A stretch of 12,641 bases of DNA, taken from contig JBBDRK010000008.1 of NCBI GenBank assembly GCA_040905465.1, positions 1 to 12,641 on the forward strand, given 5' to 3'. The position numbers and the translations under genes are program-made. Shown here one piece after another: positions 1 through 6,964 of this stretch. The notes beneath the pieces are model-generated. The model worked only from the letters and a program-made list of their open reading frames with translations. It was not told where the DNA came from and did not search any database. This stretch comes from Trueperaceae bacterium. Lineage in GTDB: Bacteria > Deinococcota > Deinococci > Deinococcales > Trueperaceae. How positions within the stretch are numbered: position 1 is the first letter of the stretch; every line of letters begins with the position of its first letter.

Positions 1-1
1 G

Positions 2-733
2 GCGCCGAACGGGCAGCCACCTCTCGGCAAGGGCGTTCGCCCGCCGTTGTCGGCACTGAGCGGGGTGAGCGAGGAGGCGGCGCGGCAGATAGTGCTCGAG
101 CGCCTGAGCAATGGGCCGTTCGTGTCGCTCGACGATCTCTACGGTCGGTTGGCCCTGCCGCGCGAGACGTTCGAGACGCTGCTGCGGTCCGGCGCCCTGG
201 ACGCCTTGGGGTCGCGCCGCGAGGGTATCTATCGGTTGGGTGTTCTCGCCGGAGCGTTGGAGAGCGGCAGCAAGCCGCTACTGTCGCCGGTCGCCGACGC
301 GCCGGCGTTGCCTCGCCTGCCGGTGCGCGAGCGGTTCGTCTGGGAGTTCGAGGTGGCGCGTTTCTCGTCGCTGGAGATGCACCCGCTCGACTTCGTACGC
401 GACCGACTGCGCGAACTGGGCGTCACGCCGCTCGTGCGGCTGCGCAAGACGAGCCGCGGCACTCCCGTGCGAAGCGCCGGCTTGGTGGTGGGCAAGCAGA
501 AGCCGCCCACCGCCAAGGGTCACGCTTTCTTCGTGCTGGAGGACGGGCCGACGAGGGTGCAACTAGTGATATCGCCGGTCGTCTGGGAGGCGAGTCGTGA
601 GGTGTTGCGCGACGCGGTTGCGCTGGTGGTCGACGGCAGCCTGGAGGGTGCCGGCGAGCATGCGGTGCTGAAGGCGGAGAGGGTCTATCCGTTGGCCGCC
701 CCCGCCTGCAGTCGCGGCTATCACTTCGGGTGA
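2..733 (+). CDS. dnaE2: Error-prone DNA polymerase III alpha subunit (DnaE2/ImuC), C-terminal part; 5'-truncated by the window edge
   Basis: The frame is open from base 2 to TGA at 731-733. It has an HhH-type segment 'VRPPLSALSGVSEEAARQIVLERLSNGPFVSLDDL...LLRSGALDAL', an 'HPLDFVRDRL' motif, and the DnaE2-type OB-fold motif 'AGLVVGKQKPPTAKGHAFFVLED' (cf. RQRPxTAKGxxFxxLED). It ends shortly after the OB fold with 'SRGYHFG' and has no tau-binding C-terminal domain. Confidence 0.9.
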   Translation, partial: APNGQPPLGKGVRPPLSALSGVSEEAARQIVLERLSNGPFVSLDDLYGRLALPRETFETLLRSGALDALGSRREGIYRLGVLAGALESGSKPLLSPVADAPALPRLPVRERFVWEFEVARFSSLEMHPLDFVRDRLRELGVTPLVRLRKTSRGTPVRSAGLVVGKQKPPTAKGHAFFVLEDGPTRVQLVISPVVWEASREVLRDAVALVVDGSLEGAGEHAVLKAERVYPLAAPACSRGYHFG

Positions 734-758
734 TGCCGCCCGCCGTGAACGTCGGCCG

Positions 759-2222
759 TCACTTTCCGGGCGGAGCCCCGATGGATGGTTCGACCGGTTC
801 GGGCGCAACCGCCGTGCTCCCGCTCGGCCGGATGTTCTGGTTGAGGTGGAACAGGTTGTGGGGATCGTAGCGATCCTTGACCTCCACCAGCCGGGGGTAG
901 TTGTCGCGGTAGGCCGCCTCTACCCGCGCCTGCCCTTCGTCGTCCATCATGAAGTTGACGTAGGCGCCGGGCGCCGAGTAGGGGTGCAGCGCCTCCCAGT
1001 ACCCTTTCGACCACTCGCTGATCAGGTCGGCGTTCGCCGGGTCGGGATCGACTCCCACCATCACCGCCGACCAGTTGGCGTCACGGTAGCTGAAGGCGGT
1101 GTCGTTCATCCCCACCCGGTGTGCGGCCCCGTCGATGGGGTAGAGGTGCATCGTCGAGTGCATGGTCGGAAGCTGCTTGCCGTGCTGTACGTGCAGCCTG
1201 ATGGCTTCGTCGCTCAGTTCCGTCACGAAGTCCGCCTTCCAGTACCACTGCAGGCCCGGCGGGTAGAGCCCATCGAAAGCGCTCTGAAGGGCGGGGAAGG
1301 GCATGGGGTGCACGCCGTGCAGCGCCGGCGGGCCGAACTGTCGTATCGGTTCGAACACCTCGTCGGCGCGCTCCTCGGGGCCGGTATAGCACCAGACGAC
1401 GCCGCACATCTTCTTCATGTGCAGTTCGGCGGGAAACGGCGGAGCGGGCGGGACGGTAAGGAATGCGAAGAAGCCGTTCAGCTCCTCGGGAGCGTTCAGG
1501 ATGAACTCGCGGTACCAGCTCATCACTTCCTCGGCCTGGTCCAGCTCCCAGAGGGTCGGGCCGCCGACGATCGTCGCTACCGGGTGGAGTCGGAACAGGA
1601 ACGAGGTGACCACGCCGAAGTTGCCGCCGCCCCCGCGCAACCCCCAGAACAGGTCCTCGTGCTGAGTGGCGCTGGCCGTCACCAGGCGACCGTCAGCCAG
1701 CACTACGTCCGCTTCGAGCAGGTTGTCGACGGTCAGGCCGAACCTGCGGGTGAGGTGTCCCATGCCGCCGCCCAGAGTGAGGCCGGCCACGCCGGTGCTC
1801 GAGATGATTCCGCTGGGCGTCGCCAGGCCGAAAGCGTGGGCCGCGTGATCCACATCTCCCCAGGTGCAGCCGGGCTCGGCCCGCACGGTGCGCGCCTCGG
1901 GATCGACTCTGATCCCCTTCAAGCGCGACAGGTCGACCATCAGGCCGTCGTCGCACACCCCGAGCCCGCCGGCGTTGTGTCCGCCGCCGAGGATCGAGAC
2001 GGCGAGCTCGTTCTGGCGCGCGAATCCGACGCAGGAAACGACGTCTGCAACATCGGCGCAACGTGCGATGAGCGCCGGCCGGCGATCGATCATTCCGTTG
2101 TAGACCTTCCTGGCCTCGTCGTACTCCCGGTCGCCCGGTCTGATCAGCACTCCTCGCAGGCTCGCCCCCAACTCGTTGGCTGCCGCCTCGTCGATCGTGA
2201 AGTGAACTCTGTCCTGGGCCAT
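759..2222 (-). CDS. FAD-linked oxidoreductase, VAO/PCMH superfamily (FAD_binding_4 plus C-terminal berberine-bridge-enzyme-like domain)
   Basis: Motifs 'YDEARKVYNGMIDRRPALIARC', 'GGGHN' (covalent-FAD His position), 'TGVAGLTLGGGMG', 'DLFWGLRGGGGNFGVVT' and the BBE tail 'AYVNF...AY..NYPRLVEVKDRYDPHNLFHLNQNI'. Start placed at ATG 2222 because GGAGG lies 7 nt upstream. Confidence 0.93.
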   Translation of the reverse strand: MAQDRVHFTIDEAAANELGASLRGVLIRPGDREYDEARKVYNGMIDRRPALIARCADVADVVSCVGFARQNELAVSILGGGHNAGGLGVCDDGLMVDLSRLKGIRVDPEARTVRAEPGCTWGDVDHAAHAFGLATPSGIISSTGVAGLTLGGGMGHLTRRFGLTVDNLLEADVVLADGRLVTASATQHEDLFWGLRGGGGNFGVVTSFLFRLHPVATIVGGPTLWELDQAEEVMSWYREFILNAPEELNGFFAFLTVPPAPPFPAELHMKKMCGVVWCYTGPEERADEVFEPIRQFGPPALHGVHPMPFPALQSAFDGLYPPGLQWYWKADFVTELSDEAIRLHVQHGKQLPTMHSTMHLYPIDGAAHRVGMNDTAFSYRDANWSAVMVGVDPDPANADLISEWSKGYWEALHPYSAPGAYVNFMMDDEGQARVEAAYRDNYPRLVEVKDRYDPHNLFHLNQNIRPSGSTAVAPEPVEPSIGAPPGK

Positions 2223-2377
2223 CTTGCTACCTCCGTGCTGTCGCATTGCCTGGAACGGGAAGGGGACCTGCGGAATCGGCGGGAAGTGCGTCCTCGATCA
2301 CGGCGGTGCCGGTGACTGGGGACGCGGCTTCACCGCTATGGAGAGAGGTGGAGAGAGTCGCTGGCCGATTGCCTCGG

Positions 2378-2806
2378 CTACTCCTGGTAAGGGATCGTCA
2401 CATCCTCCCCCTCGGGGAGCATCAGCGTGAACACCACTCGCGCCGTGGACTCGGTGTCGTTGCCGGCAGCCTCTACCTCGCCGGTCTCCAGCCAGGTGTC
2501 GCCCGGTCCGAAGCTGTGCTCCTCGCCCTCGAGGTTTCGCCTCGTGACCGTTCCTTCCAGCACGGTTACTATGCCCGGCCCGCCGTGCGTGTGCATCGGG
2601 GTCCAGGAGCCGGGCTCGAAGTCGAGCACGATGCTGATGATCTGAAAGTTCGGTGGCGGATCGGCCACGTCGAAGGTCGACAGGTAGACCGCCGTCGGGC
2701 CGGGCGGCAACAAGTCCGGGGCGGCGGCGATCAGGCCCGCCAAGGCCAGGCCGGCAACGACTGCTGTAGCTAGAAGCGGCTTCATCGTTCGGCTCTTCGT
2801 GTTCAT
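2378..2806 (-). CDS. Exported single-domain cupin protein
   Basis: Basic N-terminus plus hydrophobic stretch 'LLATAVVAGLALAGLIAAA' (signal peptide-like), followed by the cupin pattern 'LDFEPGSWTPMHTHGGPGIVTVLEG...FGPGDTWLE..EVEAAGN'. GGAGG lies upstream of tandem ATGs at 2809/2806; 2785 is another possible start. Confidence 0.85.
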   Translation of the reverse strand: MNTKSRTMKPLLATAVVAGLALAGLIAAAPDLLPPGPTAVYLSTFDVADPPPNFQIISIVLDFEPGSWTPMHTHGGPGIVTVLEGTVTRRNLEGEEHSFGPGDTWLETGEVEAAGNDTESTARVVFTLMLPEGEDVTIPYQE

Positions 2807-2916
2807 CATGCCTCCGTCTGTGCGATCACCTTCCGGGTGGTCGCCGTGCTCGTGAGAGAACCTTCGCGGACCGTGTCGTTCCTGCCTCGTCGCTAGTCAC
2901 CTCCCTGCTTGTGGTG

Positions 2917-2962
2917 AGCCTAGAGGGGACGACGTTCGGCCAGCGTTCGCGCCAGCGTTCGC
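2917..2962 (-). promoter_or_regulatory. Putative activator-dependent promoter for the cupin/oxidase genes: three tandem CGAACG direct repeats followed by a -10 hexamer TAGGCT
   Basis: The minus strand reads GCGAACGCTGGC-GCGAACGCTGGC-CGAACG-tcgtcccctc-TAGGCT. Repeat cores (CGTTCG on +) start at 2933, 2944 and 2956. The -10 is at 2917-2922. No TTGACA-like -35 is present. Confidence 0.6.
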
Positions 2963-3078
2963 AAGTCCTGGTCCGGTGCTCCCGAACCGTTCGTGGCCGC
3001 TCGCCGTCACGGATCCGGCCAGCGCTGCCTTCCGGTCATCGAGCGAAAGCGATTAAGGAGGTTCGGCCGTCTCCCGAA

Positions 3079-6000
3079 TCAGTCCACTGTTCCGAGCAAA
3101 GACTGCGCCTCCCGCAGATCCTCGCTGGCGTGATCCCGCGGTAACTCCGCGACGATGCCGGTCAAGGCGGCGCGCGCCTCCCCGTTTCGTCCCCGTTCGC
3201 TCAGCAGCCGGGCGAGGCTCACCGTCGCTCGTAGTTCGAGCGAGAGGCTGCCTTGCGCCCGGGCGACCCGGCACGCCTCACGGAGGGTGCTCTCCGATCG
3301 CATCTCCCCGCCTCCCGCCAACAGCTCCAGCTCGCCGCGGAGGCGGAGCAGCTCGGAGTCCCACCAGACCTCGACGCAGCGGGCCGAGTGATCCAGGGCG
3401 GAGGAGACGACCCCCATCGCCTCATCCGGACGGTCGCCCGCAATCAGCACCGAGGCCTGCAGAGACAGATAGTAGGGTCGGCGGGCCAGGGCTCCCGCCG
3501 AGCGAAGCCTTTCCAGCGCGGCTCCTATCTCGTCGAGGCCCGTTTCAACGTCTCCACCCTGAGCCAACGCCCAACCGCGGATAATTTCGCCCCACTGGCC
3601 GTAATAGGCGTAACCGTAGCGTTCGCACAAGCCTCTTACCGTCTCCGCGCAGGCGAGCGCGGCGGGACGGTTCCCCCGGAACTGTTGGGTCAGCGCAGCG
3701 TAGGCGTTGGCGAGCGCCAGATTGTACGGGTCCTCGAGCGCCTCGGCGCGTGAGATCGCTCGTTCGGCCAGAAGCCTCGCCTGCTCGGTCTCGCCGAGGT
3801 GCCAGAGGGTGTGCGCTTGATAGGAGTGACGGAACACCGACAGATCGGCGCCGAAGACCAGGGAGCCCGAGCCGGTCGGATCGTCTGTCGATTCGGACCT
3901 CCGGAAGTGATGATGGGCCTGGCCGAAGTGGCCGAGGCTGAACAGGGCGCCACCCAGGGCGAAATGGCTTGCAGCCAGCAGGTCCGGCTGCTGCTCGGCG
4001 AGCGCCACCGCCTCCTCCCCCATCGCGCGCGACTTCCGACTGTTGCCCTGGACGAAATTCACGCCGAACAGTCCTACCAGGCTGCCTATTACCGCCTGCG
4101 GCTGCCCCAGCCGTTCGCCCAGCAGCCTGACCCGCTCGAGGCTCGCTTCCAGCTCCGGCGAGGCGAAGCCGAGCGCAATGTTCAAGGGCGCGGAGAGCGC
4201 GTACTGGAGTGAGAGCTCCAATCGGTCGCGCTCGTGACTGGAAGGAAGCCGCTGCAAGAGCGCGAGTCCCCGCTGAAGCAGACGAACGGCCTCCCGGCTC
4301 GCCGACACGCGCCTCGCGACCCGGGCCGCTCGCTCATAGAAGTGCACCGCCCGGGCTACCTGTCCAGCCTGGTCATAATGGCCGGCTATCTGACTGCTCG
4401 CGGTGTCGATGTCCTCCGAGTACAGAAGTTCGAGCGCCTGCGCAAGCCGCTGGTGCAGGAACCGGCGCTGGGCGGGTCCCAACTCGCCGTAGGCGACCTC
4501 GCGTATACGGTCGTGACTGAAGTCGAAACCGTCGCTGTCGTGTTCCCGCACTATCTTTCGGCGCCAGAGCTCGTCGAGTGCGCCCACCAGGTCGGGCTCC
4601 TCGAGATCCGCTGCCGATAGCAGCTGTTCGAAGGTGAAGTTGCGTCCCACGGCTGCCGCCAGGCGAGCCAGCGACCGCGCGGCGGGAGAGAGCTGTGCGA
4701 GCCGAGCCGTTATGACGGCGTGTACTCTCGGCGGCAGCGCTCCCGGGCGAGCGTGTGCGCCTGCCGCCTGCCACTGTCCGACGGTCAAGCCGGCCCGGGC
4801 CATCTCGACCACGAACAGCGGATGCCCTTCGCTCGCCTCGAACAGCTCGCTCGCCTCGGCTTGCTCGAGCCGCCGTCCGATAACTCGGCCGGCCAGCTCG
4901 GCGGAGTCCGTGCTGTCCAGGGGGCCGAGTGCAATCTCGCCGAACCGCCCGAGCTGGCCGAGCTCGAGCAGCAGAGCATCGAGCGCGGGGTTGTCGGCCC
5001 GCTCCTCGCCGCGTACCGTCAGCATTACCAGGAACCGGGAGTCCGGGTCGAAGCGAAGCAGGTGGTGGAGCCATTCCAGCGTCTCCCGGTCGCACCACTG
5101 CGCGTCGTCCAGGAGGAGGAGCAACGGTTGCGGGCTGGCGATCACTGCTCGTGAGAGCGCCTCGAACAGCCGGCGGCGCTGCCAGGCCTCGTGCAGACCT
5201 TGCGGGTCCGGCGCCGCCGGCGCGTCGGGCAGGAGTTCGGGAAGGATTCGCGCCAACTCCTTCAGCCAGGCACCGTCGAGCCGCGAGAGTGCGGCGCTCA
5301 TCGGCGGTGACCTGAACCATTCCGCCACCGGAGCGAAGGCCAGGCGTCCCTCCGCCCGATAGCAGTGCGCTCGCGCGGCCGAGAGACCCTGGCTAGCGGT
5401 CCAGTCGAGCAACTCTTCGGCCAGACGCGTCTTGCCGACGCCCGCCTCGCCCTGCACTACTACCATCCTGGCTCCCGAGCTAGACGCCTCTCGCCACGTC
5501 TCCAGCAGCTCCCGCCACTCCGCACTGCGCCCTACCAGCGATTCCTGGCTGCGCTCTGTCGCCGGGCGGGCAGTCGGAGCCGCCTCCACTTCCGAGCGCC
5601 GCAGTTGCCGGTACAGGTTTTCGGTCTCGAGACTGGGAGTGACGCCGAGTTGCTCTGACAGCGCAGAGGCGCACTGCTGGTAGACCGCCAGGGCGCCGGA
5701 CGTGTCGCCATTCAGTGCGTGGAGGCGCATCATCATCCGGTAGCCGCTCTCCCGCAACGGATCGTGTTGCTGGAGGCGCCGCCCATGGACCAGCGCCTCC
5801 GTATAGCGGCGTTGCGATTCGAGCTCCGCGACCAGCTTCTCGAGTGTCTGGCCGTACAGCCCCCGGAGGCGTTCGCGCTCGACCTCGATCCAATCGTCGT
5901 AGTCATCTGGCAGCAGGTCGCCGCGGTAGAGGTCGACTGCCCTCGACAGCGCATCGAGTCGCTGCGCGGGCTGCGTTGCGCGAGAGGCCTCCTCGACCCC

Positions 6001-6324
6001 TGCCTCGAATCGCTCGACGTCGAGCCGGAACTGTTCATCGCCACTCCAGCACAGTGTCCGGGAGTCGACCTTCAGGTACGGCTCCGCCTGCGGCAGTGCC
6101 TTGCGGAGTTGATGGAGCTCGCGCCGGAGATTGGTGTGGGCTTGCGCTTCCGAGGAGTCCGGCCAGAACAGGAAAGCCAGCTGGCGACGCGACTGCGGCG
6201 CCTCTCGGTGCAACAGAAGATGCGCGAGCAGAGACCGTGCGCGCGACGACACGAGTTCTGAAGCCGGGTGGCCCTCCGAGATGACACGGAGGCCACCCAG
6301 GAGGCGGATTTCGAGTACGGGCAT
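3079..6324 (-). CDS. Large SARP/AfsR-like transcriptional regulator: winged HTH + BTAD + AAA/STAND-type ATPase + TPR repeats
   Basis: N-terminal 'LEIRLLGGLRV...ARSLLAHLLL...LAFLFWPD...NLRRELHQLRKAL' and BTAD 'LDVERFE...AVDLYRGDLLP...DPLRESGYRMMMRL...LGVTPSLET'. Walker A 'GEAGVGKT', Walker B 'LLLLLDDAQWCD', and 'EGHPLFVVEM' and 'FSHDRIREVAY' motifs, then a helical TPR-like C-terminus. Start placed at ATG 6324 (AGGAG 11 nt upstream); GTG 6348 is the alternative. Confidence 0.93.
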   Translation of the reverse strand: MPVLEIRLLGGLRVISEGHPASELVSSRARSLLAHLLLHREAPQSRRQLAFLFWPDSSEAQAHTNLRRELHQLRKALPQAEPYLKVDSRTLCWSGDEQFRLDVERFEAGVEEASRATQPAQRLDALSRAVDLYRGDLLPDDYDDWIEVERERLRGLYGQTLEKLVAELESQRRYTEALVHGRRLQQHDPLRESGYRMMMRLHALNGDTSGALAVYQQCASALSEQLGVTPSLETENLYRQLRRSEVEAAPTARPATERSQESLVGRSAEWRELLETWREASSSGARMVVVQGEAGVGKTRLAEELLDWTASQGLSAARAHCYRAEGRLAFAPVAEWFRSPPMSAALSRLDGAWLKELARILPELLPDAPAAPDPQGLHEAWQRRRLFEALSRAVIASPQPLLLLLDDAQWCDRETLEWLHHLLRFDPDSRFLVMLTVRGEERADNPALDALLLELGQLGRFGEIALGPLDSTDSAELAGRVIGRRLEQAEASELFEASEGHPLFVVEMARAGLTVGQWQAAGAHARPGALPPRVHAVITARLAQLSPAARSLARLAAAVGRNFTFEQLLSAADLEEPDLVGALDELWRRKIVREHDSDGFDFSHDRIREVAYGELGPAQRRFLHQRLAQALELLYSEDIDTASSQIAGHYDQAGQVARAVHFYERAARVARRVSASREAVRLLQRGLALLQRLPSSHERDRLELSLQYALSAPLNIALGFASPELEASLERVRLLGERLGQPQAVIGSLVGLFGVNFVQGNSRKSRAMGEEAVALAEQQPDLLAASHFALGGALFSLGHFGQAHHHFRRSESTDDPTGSGSLVFGADLSVFRHSYQAHTLWHLGETEQARLLAERAISRAEALEDPYNLALANAYAALTQQFRGNRPAALACAETVRGLCERYGYAYYGQWGEIIRGWALAQGGDVETGLDEIGAALERLRSAGALARRPYYLSLQASVLIAGDRPDEAMGVVSSALDHSARCVEVWWDSELLRLRGELELLAGGGEMRSESTLREACRVARAQGSLSLELRATVSLARLLSERGRNGEARAALTGIVAELPRDHASEDLREAQSLLGTVD

Positions 6325-6394
6325 TGCTAGGACCGCTCCTCGCGCCACGCCCGAGGCGGCGTAGCTGTCACTGGTCTGTACAGTCTAGTTCAGA

Positions 6395-6835
6395 TCAGCG
6401 AACCGCCACGCGGTCCGTCCGCTCGCCCGGGGCGAGCGGGGCCATCTCCACCGGAACTTCAACTACCTGTCGAACCTGGGCAGGGAGCGCCTCTACGTCT
6501 TTTATCCACATCACCGATCGAGGCTCGAGCACGTCTCCGAGTTGCCGGTCCACGCTCGTGAGATCGTGCGGCACCACCCGCAATCCCAGGGTGCCGCCCC
6601 ACACCAGATAACCGGTCTCCCGGCCGTTCGACGCACAGGCGACCTGAACCGGGCACGGGCCGCCGCCATAGAAGTCCGACCAGCCGACCAGGTCGCTGTA
6701 CGGAAGTCCGAGCTCGCGGGGGCGCTCGACGTGTAATCGGTCACCCGACCAGCGCGGACCGAGAAGCGTGACAGACATCAGAGTTATCCCCGGGTCGAAC
6801 GCAGTCGGTTTTACATGTAGGCACACAGTCGTCAT
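6395..6835 (-). CDS. Hypothetical protein (146 aa), no family recognised
   Basis: GGAGGTG lies 9 nt upstream of ATG 6835. Third codon positions are mostly G/C in the body, the ORF fills the gap between neighbours, and there is a strong upstream promoter. The sequence is protein-like ('VGWSDFYGGGPCPV', 'GYLVWGGTLGLRV'). Confidence 0.7.
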   Translation of the reverse strand: MTTVCLHVKPTAFDPGITLMSVTLLGPRWSGDRLHVERPRELGLPYSDLVGWSDFYGGGPCPVQVACASNGRETGYLVWGGTLGLRVVPHDLTSVDRQLGDVLEPRSVMWIKDVEALPAQVRQVVEVPVEMAPLAPGERTDRVAVR

Positions 6836-6936
6836 ACCCGCGGACACCTCCCAGCCGTGGAAGCACAGAATTCACAGCAAATTGTCGGTTGGGCGTCCCG
6901 CTACAGCCGCTTTCCCTGGTGGCTCAAGTGGATCGA

Positions 6937-6964
6937 AGTTTAGCACAGCCCGGCCGCTCGTCAA
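6937..6964 (-). promoter_or_regulatory. Sigma70-type promoter for the hypothetical gene (and possibly the SARP regulator)
   Basis: The minus strand reads TTGACG (6964-6959), a 16-nt spacer ending in TGc (extended -10), then TAAACT (6942-6937), about 100 nt upstream of ATG 6835. Confidence 0.65.

Noticed and set aside
846..2315. 489-aa + strand ORF antisense to the FAD oxidase
   Set aside because: Codon-aligned shadow of a well-supported gene. High GC3 suppresses stops on the antisense frame, and it has no recognisable motifs.
2931..2962. Possible mini-CRISPR or VNTR
   Set aside because: Units are only 11-12 bp with no unique spacers and no cas genes in the window.
2934..2993. LexA/SOS-box interpretation: GTTC-N7-GTTC at 2934-2948 and CGAAC-c-GTTCG at 2983-2993, tempting because dnaE2 is nearby
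   Set aside because: The site is not upstream of dnaE2. The palindrome has a 1-nt rather than 4-nt spacer, and the GTTC-N7-GTTC box is an alphaproteobacterial form. Three phased repeats beside a SARP gene and a -10 box are better explained as an activator site, though LexA is not formally excluded.
6845..6930. Possible c-di-GMP-I riboswitch in the leader of the hypothetical gene (GGGAAA, GGGACGC words on the minus strand)
   Set aside because: The GGCAAA..GAAA..GGGACGCAAAGC arrangement and the paired stems are not present.
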